Origin: an uncultured Verrucomicrobiae bacterium
GTDB taxonomy: Bacteria > Verrucomicrobiota > Verrucomicrobiia > Chthoniobacterales > UBA10450
NCBI GenBank assembly: GCA_963815455.1
Contig: CAWFGO010000001.1
Coordinates: forward strand, 480,001-544,000
Direction of reading: 5' to 3'
Length of the DNA stretch: 64,000 bases
The position numbers and the translations under genes are program-made. Under the pieces are notes generated by a model. That model made no database searches. It saw only the letters and a list, made by a program, of their open reading frames with translations, and had not been told where the DNA came from. Position 1 is the stretch's first letter. Each line of letters opens with the position of its first letter. Below are positions 40,756-51,914 of this stretch, in pieces.

Positions 40756-41495
40756 AGATTTCCCTCCTGATTTCCTGCCCTTCTCAGCGATTTTCCTCTC
40801 GCCAGATCGACAATGGCAAACGGCGCGTAGAGCAGGGCGAAGAAGACCAACGCCAGCCCGTGCATTTGCAGAAGATAAAGAGGTCGCCAGTCGGAAAGAA
40901 AACTCAGGAGCGAGAACGCTTCCGGTTTGTGCAGGAGAAAGCCGTAGTTTTCACCAGTAAGAAGGTCGGTCGTGAAGGCGATGACGAAGTAGAGCTCGGT
41001 CCAGGCAAAAGTCCGCAGGATTCCGATCGGCCGCGGCCGGAACCCATAGATCAGCATCAGGAACACGATGCCGATGATGATTCCGGAATGGGCAACGAAA
41101 GAAACTAATGAAGCGCACATCGGGAAACCCAAATTGCAGATTCGGAGTGATGATGGCCTGAAGCGTTCCACCGATTCCCCAAAAATATGCGACTTCGAGC
41201 CAGCGGCGATTGCCCGTCCACAGCGCGCCGATGATGACGAACATGGCCCAATCGCAAAGCTGAAGCGGCAGCACTTTTGTCCACGTCGTCGCGCCGAAAT
41301 GCCGGGCCACGATCAGATAGGCGACGTAATTGACTCAGGAGCAACGCAGAGATCGCGAAACAAATCGAACGCTCCAGGAAACGCGATTTCGTCCGGTGCA
41401 CGATCAGCGCCAGCAGTAGCGGCAGCACAACGGTGAGAAAAATCACCGTCGAGATGTGCCAGACCAAAAGGCGTGAACAGATGTCTCTCAGTCAT
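40752..41495 (-). CDS. YwaF/TIGR02206-like integral membrane protein (several apparent frameshifts)
   Basis: LPLQLCD, YFWG..GT.QA..TP, NYGFL..KP, PF motifs across frames. Confidence 0.75.
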
Positions 41496-41578
41496 TGTGC
41501 CGTTTTGCAGGGGAAACTGTCAGCTTCCTTAGGGAAGGCAACGTCTTCTCCTCCGGATGGCGCGAACAAAAGAAGCTG

Positions 41579-41614
41579 TTGACATGATATAGAGTTCTCT
41601 ATTATACAGAGAAC
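41579..41614 (+). promoter_or_regulatory. Sigma70-type promoter overlapped by a palindromic operator
   Basis: TTGACA at 41579; GTTCTCT-N7-AGAGAAC covering the AT-rich -10 region. Confidence 0.65.
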
Positions 41615-41629
41615 CAATCGATTAATACC

Positions 41630-42220
41630 ATGGAAACACAACCGCTTCATCCCGAGAAATTACGCGAAGATCTCCATTACGTGCGCGACGCGCTGGAGCG
41701 CCAGAAACGGCTTCACCGCCAATTGCTCCCGCTCCCCGGTGCGATTTTCCTCGGCCTTTATATTCTCTTGCTTTGCGCGCGGCGCGACCTCGCACCAGCC
41801 TGGCACAGTCCGGTACTCGATCTTATCGGCTATGCCGTCCTGGTGACTCTGGCCGTTACTCCCTGGGTGAGCGGACGCCGGCGCGGCGAGATCGTCCGCT
41901 GCGCGCCGAACGACGCGGTGCGGTTGCTCCTCCCATGGGCTGGCTTGGGATTCGCGATGGTCCTGCTCTTTCAGATCGTACATCGTCTCTCGGTTCCGAC
42001 GGAAGCGGTCTCGGCATTGTTGATCCTGCTCATCAGCCTGACTGCATTCGTTGCCGGGCTGGGCGGATTTCCAACGTTGCTCGGCGTCGGGCTTGCCATG
42101 GGCGCAGGCCTCGCCACGCGCCTCTTGCTACCGCAATCCGGATGGCTTCTGTTCGGCGCCTTGGTCTGCGCAGGGTTGATCGGCGGTGCTTTGCTGGAAC
42201 GTCGTGCCGAAAACAAATAA
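41630..42220 (+). CDS. Hypothetical multi-TM membrane protein
   Basis: About 6 hydrophobic segments; coupled to a wHTH gene. Confidence 0.7.
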   Translation: METQPLHPEKLREDLHYVRDALERQKRLHRQLLPLPGAIFLGLYILLLCARRDLAPAWHSPVLDLIGYAVLVTLAVTPWVSGRRRGEIVRCAPNDAVRLLLPWAGLGFAMVLLFQIVHRLSVPTEAVSALLILLISLTAFVAGLGGFPTLLGVGLAMGAGLATRLLLPQSGWLLFGALVCAGLIGGALLERRAENK

Positions 42221-42539
42221 AACCGCCGCGGACCAGGTGCGCGAGGGAACGCGTGCCATGGACCGGCTTCTCGAGCACCGAAGCCGGCTGGGCGCTTGCC
42301 TGCTGCTTAGCCAGGCAGAAGCGATGACCTTCACTCGCTTGCGTGAACTACTGGATGAAACCGACGGGAACCTCGGGGCGCATCTCCGCAAACTGGAAGA
42401 GGCCAGTTACGTCGAAGTGCGCAAAGAGTTTGCCGACCGGAAGCCGGTAAGTTGGTACAGCCTGACGAAAAATGGCAGCAAGATGTTGCGCGCACACGTG
42501 GCGGCGTTGGAAGCGCTGGTAAATTCCGCCTCATCCTAA
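42204..42539 (+). CDS. Winged-HTH transcriptional regulator (HTH_34 type)
   Basis: RL, F..L..LL..TDGNL..HL.KLE...YV...K, Y.LT..G. Confidence 0.85.
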   Translation: MPKTNKTAADQVREGTRAMDRLLEHRSRLGACLLLSQAEAMTFTRLRELLDETDGNLGAHLRKLEEASYVEVRKEFADRKPVSWYSLTKNGSKMLRAHVAALEALVNSASS

Positions 42540-42627
42540 CGCACCGGAAGTGATTGCTCTGGCATCGACAGTTACAGGAAGAAAGCGGCCCCCCAAGACC
42601 TTGCGCGGAGCGAACTTTTCCTTGAGC

Positions 42628-43458
42628 CTATCGAATCACCCAAAGATTGCAGGGAATCACATCGGTAATCCAAGCAACCCGACTGGGCAGGCCGGTTCCA
42701 CCATTCCGATCGGGCTGGGCGGGAATGACGAGCAAATCGGCCGCCACCGATTGCACGAAATTCGACGCGGCAAAACCGGTGTTGCCCCGAAGACATCGGG
42801 CCTCTATCGGGACAACGGTGTCGCCGGCCGCGAGAATGAATTCTTCCAAGGCGGCTTCTTCTTGTTCCAATGTGCGAAGCTGCGCCTTCCCCTGTCCCGT
42901 CCTATCTTTCAGGCCGGCCCGGGCCTGGTCGAAAGTGGTGTAAACGCGAACCACGTAAAGCCGTTCGCACGATTCCGCCGCGGCCAGCCGAAAGGTCCGC
43001 TGCAGAGCGCTTTTTCCGTGCTCCAAATCATCGGCGACAAACACAATCCGGCGCAGCGGCTTCGGCTCCTGATCCGGTTTGGTAAAAAGCAGCACCGAAC
43101 ATCGAGCATCCCGAACGAGACGCCGGGCCACATCCCCCAGAAACGGCCGCAAAACGACCTCCTTCTCCAATGCGCCCGCTACGATTAGATCGACATTGTT
43201 CTCCGCCGCGGCTTTGAGAATCGCTTCCGCGGGATCGCCCTGCCCGTAAAGAATGGTTGAATTGGCCGGGAGTTTAAGTTGCGCGAAAACGTCGCTGAAT
43301 TTCTTGGTGGTTTCCGCGGTCTGCTCACCCACATAAACGACGCTCAGCTCCGATCCCATCCGGTCGCGGATGCGTTTAGCCTCGGCCAGGACCTGCTTGA
43401 ACCGGGGCGAAAACGTGCTGGCTACAGCAATGTTCCGGTATGTCGACGGGTTGATCAT
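42628..43458 (-). CDS. Universal stress protein (tandem Usp)
   Basis: GDPAEAIL..A....DLIVAG, G.VA..LV..A.CSVL, PCNLWVIR. Confidence 0.85.
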   Translation of the reverse strand: MINPSTYRNIAVASTFSPRFKQVLAEAKRIRDRMGSELSVVYVGEQTAETTKKFSDVFAQLKLPANSTILYGQGDPAEAILKAAAENNVDLIVAGALEKEVVLRPFLGDVARRLVRDARCSVLLFTKPDQEPKPLRRIVFVADDLEHGKSALQRTFRLAAAESCERLYVVRVYTTFDQARAGLKDRTGQGKAQLRTLEQEEAALEEFILAAGDTVVPIEARCLRGNTGFAASNFVQSVAADLLVIPAQPDRNGGTGLPSRVAWITDVIPCNLWVIR

Positions 43459-43521
43459 CGAAGAGGCAATTTCCCGCTTTGCGCTGATTCGGCAAATCCA
43501 TGCATCCAGCCCCGTGAAAAA

Positions 43522-43556
43522 TGAACGTTGAACGTTGAGCGTTAAACGTTGAACAT
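43522..43556. repeat. 7-bp tandem array directly upstream of coaD
   Basis: TGAACGT TGAACGT TGAGCGT TAAACGT TGAACAT. Confidence 0.85.
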
Positions 43557-43565
43557 TTTCCGCTT

Positions 43566-44045
43566 ATGAGACGCGCGATTTACCCTGGCAGCTTCGATCC
43601 GGTCACGAATGGACACCTCGATATCATCGAGCGGGCCCGAAAATTATTCGACGAAGTCGTCGTGTCGGTTGCGAACAACGATGGGAAACAAGCGCTTTTC
43701 ACTCTGGAAGAACGGCTCGATATGCTTCGGGCAACGATTGGCAAGATCGACAATGTGCGCATTGCCCAGTTCGACGGGCTCCTGGTCGAGTTCGCCGTGG
43801 CCGAGAAAGCAGTGGCCGTCGTGCGCGGTCTGCGTGCGGTGTCCGATTTCGAGTTCGAATTTCAAATGGCGTTAATGAATCGAAAGCTCGAAACCGCAGT
43901 GGAAACGATTTTTCTGATGCCGAAGGAGGAATACACCTACCTTAGCTCGCGCATCATTAAGGAGATCGCGCGGCTGGGTGGAGATGCATCGCAGTTTGTT
44001 CCTGCCAGTGTGGTGACGGCTCTGCACAAGAAATTTGGGAACTGA
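43566..44045 (+). CDS. coaD: Phosphopantetheine adenylyltransferase
   Basis: YPGSFDPVTNGH, RGLR..SDFE.E. Confidence 0.97.
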   Translation: MRRAIYPGSFDPVTNGHLDIIERARKLFDEVVVSVANNDGKQALFTLEERLDMLRATIGKIDNVRIAQFDGLLVEFAVAEKAVAVVRGLRAVSDFEFEFQMALMNRKLETAVETIFLMPKEEYTYLSSRIIKEIARLGGDASQFVPASVVTALHKKFGN

Positions 44046-44055
44046 GATTTCGCGA

Positions 44056-44505
44056 GTGAAGGTTCATCTAAAACAAATTCCGGCGGAAGGGCTGCGTCTC
44101 GAAGGCGAGGAGGATTGCCCTCTGTCCGGTTTGGAAGCAGAGGAGATTCGCTGTGCCGGCCCGCTGCGCTACGGGATCGACATCGGCTTGTCGGACGGCG
44201 CGCTTTGGGCGAGCGGCTCACTAGTGCAGCCAGTGGAACTGCGCTGCGTTTCCTGTCTCGAAAATTTCGCCTACGAAATCAGTGTGCCTGCATTTGCAAT
44301 GCATACCGAACTGCGCGGGCCGGAGGTTGTCGATCTTACGCCATTCATGCGAGAGGACTTGCTGCTGAATCTTCCCGCGCATCCGCATTGCGATCGCGAC
44401 GGTGGCCGGGTCTGCAAAGCGACGCATCTTGAGACGCCGGAGCGGGAGGTGAAGCGCAAGCCGGACTGGAGCGCGCTGGATAAGCTCAAGATTGAGAAAC
44501 GTTGA
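44056..44505 (+). CDS. yceD: YceD/DUF177 protein
   Basis: C..CL, DL....RE..L..P..P.C, W.AL.KL; upstream of rpmF. Confidence 0.85.
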   Translation: MKVHLKQIPAEGLRLEGEEDCPLSGLEAEEIRCAGPLRYGIDIGLSDGALWASGSLVQPVELRCVSCLENFAYEISVPAFAMHTELRGPEVVDLTPFMREDLLLNLPAHPHCDRDGGRVCKATHLETPEREVKRKPDWSALDKLKIEKR

Positions 44506-44570
44506 ATCGAACGACTGCCGATGCTTCCACGTTGTCTTTCCCCCCAAATATGCTTTCGTAGCCGCCTGCC

Positions 44571-44753
44571 ATGGGAGTCCCAAAACGCAAAACTTCGAAA
44601 ATGCGCTTGCGCACGCGTAAAGCGGCCAACCGCTGGCATGCGGCCCAGCTGAATAAGTGTCCGCAATGCGGAAGCGCAGTCGCCTCGCACACAGCCTGTC
44701 CGTCTTGCGGCTACTACAGGGGCCGGCAGATTCTGACCATTGAGGGGAAATAG
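44571..44753 (+). CDS. rpmF: 50S ribosomal protein L32
   Basis: MGVPKRKTSK, CPQC...H.AC.SCGYY.GR. Confidence 0.97.
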   Translation: MGVPKRKTSKMRLRTRKAANRWHAAQLNKCPQCGSAVASHTACPSCGYYRGRQILTIEGK

Positions 44754-44758
44754 CGACC

Positions 44759-44816
44759 GTGGCATGGGCATCTTGCCCATGAATGATTGAGTCATCGGCA
44801 GGGATGCCGATGCCAC
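44759..44816. repeat. REP-like doublet (GTGGCATGGGCATCTTGCCCATG...CATCGGCAGGGATGCCGATGCCAC)
   Basis: Two hairpins in inverted orientation in the rpmF-plsX spacer. Confidence 0.75.
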
Positions 44817-44874
44817 CTCTCCTGGTAATTTTCGTTTTGCATTGCGGCGCCAAAACCCGCACAGTTTTCTCCCA

Positions 44875-45913
44875 ATGAAGATCGCCTTGGACGCCATGGG
44901 CGGCGATTTTGGCCCGCCGAGTCTCGTGGCCGGCGCCGTAATGGCGCTGCGTGAATACCACCATATTCACAAGCTTTTCCTGGTCGGAGATACCGCCCAG
45001 ATCGAGGCCGAACTCAAGAAGCAGCAATGTAACGATGGCCGGATCGACATCGTCCATTCAACCCAGGTCGTGGATATGAGCGATCGCGCCTGGTCGGCCG
45101 TTCGCCGAAAAAAAGATTCATCCGTAAGCCGGGCAGTCGATCTCGTTAAGCGCGGCGACGCGGATGCAATCGTCAGCGCCGGACACACCGGCGCCGCGGT
45201 CGCAGCGAGCATGATCAAGTTGCGCACGCTGGAGGGAATCGATCGTCCAGGAATCGCGGCGGTTCTTCCCACTGAAACGAATGTCTTTGTTCTGATCGAT
45301 GCCGGGGCAAACATCGATGCACGCCCCGAGCATCTCGTTCAATATGCGTTCATGGGAACGGTTTATTCGCGACATGTGCTCGGGTACAAGAATCCAACGG
45401 TCGGCCTGGTCTCACTCGGCGAGGAAGACGTGAAAGGCAACGAGATGACGAAGGAAGTTTTCAAAATGTTAAAGAAAAGCTCCCTCAACTTTGTCGGTAA
45501 CATCGAGGGACGCCATCTGTTCGAGGATCCGGTTGAAGTCGTGGTCTGTGACGGTTTCGTGGGCAATGTAATCCTTAAGACATGCGAATCGATCTCGGTG
45601 GCGATTTTCAAATGGCTCAAGCACGAATTGACTGCGCACTCCTCTGCGCAAGGCCGGCGCGTTTCTGGCCAAAGACGCGTTCCTGACGATCAAGGACAAA
45701 ACAAATTACGAGGAATACGGCGGGAGCCCCCTTCTGGGGGTAAACGGAATCTGCATTATCGCGCACGGCTCCAGTACGCCCCTAGCCATCAAGAATGCAT
45801 TACGTGTCGCGGCCGAATCGATTGAACAGCAGGTCAATCCGCATATCGTCGAGGAGATTCGCCGTTACAATGAAAAAGCAGCCCCGCTCGAGCCCGCGCT
45901 CCCGGTCCGATAA
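44875..45913 (+). CDS. plsX: Phosphate acyltransferase (apparent frameshift near 45632)
   Basis: IALDAMGGD, SAGHTGA, DAGAN, DGFVGN; YGGSPLLGVNG..IIAHG in a shifted frame. Confidence 0.95.
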
Positions 45914-46898
45914 GGCCATCCGGACTGTTTCCATTATCGGCACCGGCAGTTACGCGCCGGAAAAGATTCTCACTAACGAAGATATCTCGCGCATAGTGGA
46001 CACCAGCGACGAGTGGATCACGACGCGCACCGGGATCAAGGAACGGCGAGTCGCGGCGAAAGACGAATACACCAGCGACATGGCCGCGAAAGCGGCGTTA
46101 AAGGCAATCGAGCAGGCCAACATCTCCCCGAAAGAAATTAATCTGATCCTCGTCGCTACGGCGACCCCGGACATGTTTTTTCCGGCCACGGCCTGTTTCG
46201 TTCAGAAAAAAATCGGTGCGACGAACGCGGCTTGCCTCGACATTTCTGCAGCATGCGCCGGGTTCCTTTTCGGAATCGCGATCGCGCAACAATTCATCAC
46301 GGCCCACACTTACGATACCGTGCTGGTCATCGGCGCGGACAAATTGACTTCGATCACCAACTGGACCGATCGCAATACCTGCGTGCTCTTTGGCGACGGC
46401 GCCGGCGCGGCCATTCTGCGTCACCGCGGCAGCCCTCACGGCATAATCAGTTCCCACATAGGAAGCGATGCCCAATACTCGGATATTCTGTTCATGCCAG
46501 GCGGCGGCTCGCGTTGCCCGATCACTCGCGATAATGCCGATCTCAATCTGGCGACCATCCACATGACCGGGAAAGAAGTCTACAAGCAGGCCGTTACCGC
46601 CATGGTAAGCGCCTCGAAGAAGGTCATCGAGCAAGCCGGTTTGACTGCCCAGGATATCGCCTGCGTTATTCCGCATCAGGCCAACTTGCGCATCATCGAA
46701 GCGATCGCCGATCGACTCGATATCTCGCTCGACAGGTTTTACGTAAATCTCGATCGCTACGGAAATACCTCAGCCGCGGCGGTGGCAATGGCGCTCGACG
46801 AAGCCAACCGCACCGGCCGAATCAAGGCTGGCGATTATGTTTTGATGGTCGTGTTCGGCGGCGGGCTCACCTGGGCTAGCACAGTGATCGAATGGTAA
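45870..46898 (+). CDS. fabH: 3-oxoacyl-ACP synthase III
   Basis: WITTRTGI, AACAGF, FGDGAGA, PHQAN, GNTSAA. Confidence 0.97.
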   Translation: MKKQPRSSPRSRSDKAIRTVSIIGTGSYAPEKILTNEDISRIVDTSDEWITTRTGIKERRVAAKDEYTSDMAAKAALKAIEQANISPKEINLILVATATPDMFFPATACFVQKKIGATNAACLDISAACAGFLFGIAIAQQFITAHTYDTVLVIGADKLTSITNWTDRNTCVLFGDGAGAAILRHRGSPHGIISSHIGSDAQYSDILFMPGGGSRCPITRDNADLNLATIHMTGKEVYKQAVTAMVSASKKVIEQAGLTAQDIACVIPHQANLRIIEAIADRLDISLDRFYVNLDRYGNTSAAAVAMALDEANRTGRIKAGDYVLMVVFGGGLTWASTVIEW

Positions 46899-46904
46899 GA
46901 CAGA

Positions 46905-46995
46905 AGTTGAGAGTCTATAGTTGAGAGTTGAGAGATAAGAAATCGCAAGCCGCCCTTTCCGTGAGCTCTCAACCCTCAACTATCAACTCTCAACT
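46905..46995. repeat. Inverted pair of 7-bp arrays (GTTGAGA / TCTCAAC)
   Basis: AGTTGAG repeats facing CTCAACT repeats; the 3' array lies in the tatD N-terminal reading frame. Confidence 0.8.
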
Positions 46996-47854
46996 AGTAG
47001 AGACCCACGCCCATCTCGATTATCCCGATTTCGCGCCGGACTTTGATGACGTCCTCGGTCGCGCGACCGATGCCGGCGTGACGCGGATCATTACGATCGG
47101 GACATCGGTTGAAAGCAGCCGGCGCGCAGTCGAGCTGGCCGAAAAATATTCCAATATCTACGCCGTGATTGGCGTTCATCCGACCTACATCGAAGAAGCC
47201 GGCGACGACGTAATCACGCCGTTACGCGAACTTGCCAAAAGCGCGCGCGTGGTCGGAATTGGCGAGACCGGCCTCGATTATCATCGTTTGCCGAGCTTCG
47301 AAACCGACAAAGAAGAGCGCGTTCAGGTGATGCACGCGTTGGGGAGTGAAACCGAGCAGGACATCGACGCGGGGATTCGCGACGGTGCTTATAAATCAAA
47401 ACAGGCGGGTCTGTTTCAACAGCAGCTTGATCTCGCTGTCGAACTTGGGCTCAATGTCGTTATCCACCAGCGCGACGCCTGGGACGATACGCTTGAAATC
47501 ATGAGAGAATGTTCAGGAAAGGTGCGAGGGGTGTTTCACTGCTTTGGTGGCTCGCTGGAACAGGCCAATGATGTGATCGATCTCGGACACCTTGTTTCCT
47601 TCACCGGCATCGTGACCTTCAAGAACGGGAAGCAGGTGCGCGAAGTCGCCGCCCGGGTTCCGCTGGATAAATTCATGGTCGAAACTGATTGCCCTTACCT
47701 GGCGCCCGAGCCGTTTCGCGGAAAGCGGTGCGAACCCGCCCACACCCGGCTCGTCGCCGAATCGATCGCGGCGGCCCGCGGCGTTTCCGTGGAAGAAATC
47801 GCTCGCGCCACGACCGAAACCGCCGAAGAGTTCTTCCGATTTAATCGTCCATGA
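46961..47854 (+). CDS. tatD: TatD family DNase
   Basis: ETHAHL, GVHP, IGETGLDY, HQR, FHCF, ETDCPYL; start inferred at GTG 46961. Confidence 0.93.
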   Translation: MSSQPSTINSQLVETHAHLDYPDFAPDFDDVLGRATDAGVTRIITIGTSVESSRRAVELAEKYSNIYAVIGVHPTYIEEAGDDVITPLRELAKSARVVGIGETGLDYHRLPSFETDKEERVQVMHALGSETEQDIDAGIRDGAYKSKQAGLFQQQLDLAVELGLNVVIHQRDAWDDTLEIMRECSGKVRGVFHCFGGSLEQANDVIDLGHLVSFTGIVTFKNGKQVREVAARVPLDKFMVETDCPYLAPEPFRGKRCEPAHTRLVAESIAAARGVSVEEIARATTETAEEFFRFNRP

Positions 47855-48471
47855 AGATCGACAATCTCAATCACGGCGTGGCCGCGCTGCTGATTTCCCT
47901 TCTTATCTCGTCTTGCGCTACGCCGCCCGATACGCAACATCAGGTCGTCGTTAGCACCCGCGAACAAAAATTGGCCGTGCTCGAACATGGCAAGCTGCTT
48001 GCCGTTTATCCGATTTCCACCTCCAAATTCGGATTGAGCGACCGTCCTGGCAGCTACGGCACGCCATTGGGCAAACTCGAAATCGCCGAGAAGATAGGCG
48101 ACAATGCGCCTCCCGGGGCTGTGTTTAAGAATCGGCGCAGAACGGGCGAAATCGTCGCCGTAAATTCGCCGGGCCGCGATCCAATCGTTACCCGCATTAT
48201 TTGGCTGCGCGGCCGCGAAGTGCAGAACGCCAACGCGTTTCGTCGAGACATCTACATTCACGGCACGCCGGAGGAACGCAACATTGGGCGACCTGTCAGT
48301 TACGGCTGCATAAGGATGCGGTCCCGTGACGTGATCAATCTCTACAATATTGTTGGGGAAGGCGCGCAGGTAACCATTGTCGATACTCCGATTGCGTCTG
48401 CGGTTCCGGGCTTTGCTTCGGCGAGCTCGCTGGATCCGGCGAGGAATCGCAGCACGCTGGTTATTCGTTAA
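47851..48471 (+). CDS. L,D-transpeptidase (YkuD) lipoprotein
   Basis: Lipobox ISSC, TPLG, IYIHGT...S.GCIRM. Confidence 0.9.
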   Translation: MKIDNLNHGVAALLISLLISSCATPPDTQHQVVVSTREQKLAVLEHGKLLAVYPISTSKFGLSDRPGSYGTPLGKLEIAEKIGDNAPPGAVFKNRRRTGEIVAVNSPGRDPIVTRIIWLRGREVQNANAFRRDIYIHGTPEERNIGRPVSYGCIRMRSRDVINLYNIVGEGAQVTIVDTPIASAVPGFASASSLDPARNRSTLVIR

Positions 48472-48477
48472 GCGACG

Positions 48478-49560
48478 ATGCGACGCTTTCTCCTGAGCGG
48501 GCTGGCCTTGTTCGCCGGCGCGGCCTCGGCCGCGCCGGCGAATGAGTTTCCAGGGTTTAACACCTTCCTCGAACGCTTTCGACACGAGCACCGCATTCCT
48601 GCGATGACCGCCGTCATCGTGCGCGACGGCAAGATTGCCTGGGAAGGCGCCTTTGGTACCAGCGACGACGAGGGCGACGTGCCGACCACACCCGACACCG
48701 TTTTCTGGATCGCCTCGGTCACCAAGCCGATCGCTGCCACGGCGATTTTGGCGGAGGCGGATGCCGGCCGCCTTTCGCTCGACACGCCGATGAGCGCCGA
48801 TCCGGCCTGGCAGGAGACATGCGAGCGGTTGCGCAAGAGTCATATCCCGTTTGGCGGCGGCGGAAAGGACGCGCACGGCACAACAATTCCGAAGGTTAAT
48901 TGCGGCCGCGCTGTCACGATTCGCGACATGCTGATGATGCGAGTGAATGGCGATGGCACCGCCTTTGCCTACAACCCAATCGCCTACGCCCGGCTCGATC
49001 GCGTCATCACGGGCGCGAAAGGCCGGCCGCTGCGCGAGATCGTTCGCGACAATGTCGCCACTCCTGCCGGAATCGACAATATCGCCTTAGGCTGGCGCGA
49101 TCCCAACGGCGGACTGGCGCTCACCCGCCTGGCTCCGCCGTTCCGGATGACAAAGGACGGTCCGCGCAAGAATGTCTTTCCTGATGATGATTTTCGGGCA
49201 GCCGCGGGCGTCTATGTCAGTGCGCGAAATCTCGCGAAGTTCGATATCGCCTTTGACTCTGGCAAGCTACTGAAACCGGCTCGCCAAAAAGAAGTTTTGA
49301 ACGCCTGGAAAACTTATCCCGGTTACGCCTATGGCTGGTTTAATCAGAGCTGGCGCGGTCATCGGCTGCTTTGGCATTCGGGCTGGGAACCGGACGCTTA
49401 TTCTGCGCTCTACCTTAAGGTGCCAGAGCAACACCTGACGCTGATGGTGCTCGCGAACACCGAAGGGCTGTGGTGGAACAACTCGCTCGTGCAGGCCGAG
49501 GTCGAAAACAGCCCCATCGCTGCCGAGTTCCTGAAGCGCTTCGTCGCGGATCAGTGGTGA
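48478..49560 (+). CDS. Secreted serine hydrolase (beta-lactamase/PBP-like)
   Basis: SVTK (SxxK), Y.P, HSG motifs; signal peptide. Confidence 0.85.
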   Translation: MRRFLLSGLALFAGAASAAPANEFPGFNTFLERFRHEHRIPAMTAVIVRDGKIAWEGAFGTSDDEGDVPTTPDTVFWIASVTKPIAATAILAEADAGRLSLDTPMSADPAWQETCERLRKSHIPFGGGGKDAHGTTIPKVNCGRAVTIRDMLMMRVNGDGTAFAYNPIAYARLDRVITGAKGRPLREIVRDNVATPAGIDNIALGWRDPNGGLALTRLAPPFRMTKDGPRKNVFPDDDFRAAAGVYVSARNLAKFDIAFDSGKLLKPARQKEVLNAWKTYPGYAYGWFNQSWRGHRLLWHSGWEPDAYSALYLKVPEQHLTLMVLANTEGLWWNNSLVQAEVENSPIAAEFLKRFVADQW

Positions 49561-49612
49561 CGACCTGCAACCAGCGCGGGTTCGACTCCTTTCTGACTCG
49601 GCGCCTAAGGAA

Positions 49613-50623
49613 TCACGGCATCTGCCCGAGGTGCTTCTGGGCGGTCGGCTTCGAGAGTAGTTGCATGTCCGCATCGACCATGATCCGCACAAGCTCCTTA
49701 AATCGCACCTTCGGTTCCCAGCCGAGAAGCTTCTTCGCTTTGGAGGCGTCGCCAATGAGCAGATCGACTTCGGCCGGCCGCTCATAGCGCGGATCGTGTT
49801 TGACGTATTTTTCCCAATCAAGATCGACATGGGCGAAAGCAGCTTCGGCAAATTCGCGCACGGTGCGCGTTTCGCCGGTCGCAATGACAAATCTTCACCT
49901 TGTCGTGCTGCAAAATTCGCCACATCGCCTCGACATATTCCGGCGCGTAACCCCAGTCGCGTTTGGCTTCCAGATTCCCCAGAAATAATTCATTTTGCAG
50001 ACCTTGCTTGATCGCTGCGACTGCCCGCGAGATTTTGCGCGTCACAAAAGTTTCGCCCCGACGCGGGCTTTCGTGATTGAACAGGATTCCGTTGCTTGCG
50101 TGTAGTCCGTAACTTTCCCGGTAATTCACCGTCGCCCAGTAGGCGAAAACTTTCGCCACCCCATACGGACTGCGCGGCCAAAACGGCGTCTTCTCATTTT
50201 GTGGAACCGTCTGGGCTTTGCCGAACATCTCACTGCTTGAGGCTTGATAAAATCGGGAACGAATTCCGGTCTCGCGAATCGCCTCCAGAATCCGAATCGT
50301 GCCGACACCGGAAATATCTGAGGTGTATTCGGGAATATCGAAACTCACCCGCACGTGGCTCTGCGCGCCGAGATGATAAATCTCGTCCGGCTTCAGATCG
50401 TAAAGCAGCTTTACAAGGTTTACTGAATCGCTCAGATCGCCGTAATGCAAAAACATCTTCACCCCGTTGATGTGCGGGTCGGCGTAAAGGTGGTCGATGC
50501 GCGCCGTGTTGAATGTGCTGGCCCGGCGAATGATGCCGTGCACTTCATAGCCTTTCTCGATAACAGATCGGCCAGATAACTTCCGTCCTGCCCGGTGATC
50601 CCGGTGATGAGTGCTTTCTTCAT
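49613..50623 (-). CDS. gmd: GDP-mannose 4,6-dehydratase (apparent frameshifts near 50563 and 49893)
   Basis: [53 protein letters not shown]. Confidence 0.95.
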
Positions 50624-50672
50624 GAGCAGCTTGTTCTCCGCTTTAAAGCAAAGGAAGCTACGCTCCGTTCGC

Positions 50673-51467
50673 TCAGCGCGAAATGCATTTCACAGGCGCG
50701 CCCAAGCGTTGCGCTACTTCATTCTGGCGGCGTGAAATCATGATTCGGGCCAGAACTGCGCGCTGGGCAGCGATGAATTCCGCAATGCCTTTGCGGGCCA
50801 GCCCAACAAGTTCGTCCAGCTCCGATTGGGCAAAAGTCGATTCTTCGCCCGAGCCTTGGACCTCGACAAATTCACCATCCTCAGTTGCGACCAGATTGAA
50901 ATCGACAGTGACTGCTTTGTCTTCCTCGTAATTGAGATCGACGATTGCATTACCATCAAGCACGCCGGCACTTACCGCCGCGATAAGTTTCTTGACCGGC
51001 GGCGCCTCACTTTTTTTTCGTGTAGCCAGCCGGCGGCAGGCGACGGCGACCGCGAGACTCGCGCCAGTAATCGCAGCTGTCCGCGTTCCGCCATCGGCTT
51101 GGAGCACATCGCAATCGACCCACATCGTGCGCGGCCCGAGTTTTTCGAGATCGACAACCGCGCGCAACGATCGGCCGATCAATCGCTGGATTTCCGTGCT
51201 GCGGCCATCGAGTCGGCCCCTTGGCGATATCGCGTGGTTTTCGGGTCGCGGTCGAATACGGAACATTGAATATTCCGCAGTGAGCCAGCCGCCACTGATA
51301 TTTTGTTCTTTCATCCAGCGCGGCACACCTTCTTCAACCATCACGCCGCAAATGACCCGCGTCTTGCCTATCGACACGAGCACCGAACCGCTTGCATGCG
51401 GCGCAATGTTCAATTCGAAATTGACGGGACGAATTTGATCGGGCGCGCGACCATCGCTACGTTGCAT
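50673..51467 (-). CDS. rph: Ribonuclease PH (short compensated frameshift near 51215-51260; 3' end uncertain)
   Basis: [39 protein letters not shown]. Confidence 0.95.
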   Translation of the reverse strand: MQRSDGRAPDQIRPVNFELNIAPHASGSVLVSIGKTRVICGVMVEEGVPRWMKEQNISGGWLTAEYSMFRIRPRPENHAISPRGRLDGRSTEIQRLIGRSLRAVVDLEKLGPRTMWVDCDVLQADGGTRTAAITGASLAVAVACRRLATRKKSEAPPVKKLIAAVSAGVLDGNAIVDLNYEEDKAVTVDFNLVATEDGEFVEVQGSGEESTFAQSELDELVGLARKGIAEFIAAQRAVLARIMISRRQNEVAQRLGAPVKCISR

Positions 51468-51649
51468 TCGGCAATTGTAGAGCGGCCGATCCGATTGCCA
51501 ACAAAAAACTGGAGGTCGGGTCAACTGCCGAAGGAGCGTCATTAACGTTTCGCCAAAGGCCCCCCGTAAAACGAGTCTCCATAGGTAAAGAGCTGCCTGC
51601 GAGGAAAATATTAGATTCCAGAACTCCGCAAAAAAAGTTTCTCTCCGAG

Positions 51650-51678
51650 TTGACGACGCTCTTGCTTCACGCTAGACT
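51650..51678 (+). promoter_or_regulatory. Sigma70 promoter of the 23S-5S unit
   Basis: TTGACG-17 bp-TAGACT with an A-rich upstream tract. Confidence 0.75.
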
Positions 51679-51890
51679 GCCTATCCCGCCTGACGCGGGA
51701 CTCCTCTAATCAAGGAGTTCGTTCTACGTACATTTGGGACTGCAAATTGGAACTCAATTTTGTCCCCGCCTTCGCCAAGGCTACGGCGGGCAAGCCCGGC
51801 TGGCTTAGGAGGAGAATCGGGGCACGAAGTTGAGTTTTTTTGTTGCTCTCGAATGTGCGTAAAGCGTTTACCCCGAAGAATTTCGGGGCT

Positions 51891-51914
51891 GGTTCTTTGA
51901 CATCTACATACAGG
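51891..51914 (+). promoter_or_regulatory. boxA-like element and 5' arm of the 23S processing stem
   Basis: GGTTCTTTGACA; GTTCTTTGACATCTACATACAGG is complementary (2 differences) to CCTGTATGTAGATATCAGAGAAC at 55444-55466. Confidence 0.75.

Noticed and set aside
47695..48876. Long antisense ORFs (for example 393 aa here, 2045..2923, 35176..36030, 44221..45057)
   Set aside because: Shadows of well-supported genes on the opposite strand in GC-rich DNA, with no motifs
49575..49610. GCGGGTTCGACTCC T-loop-like motif
   Set aside because: No matching acceptor, D or anticodon arms
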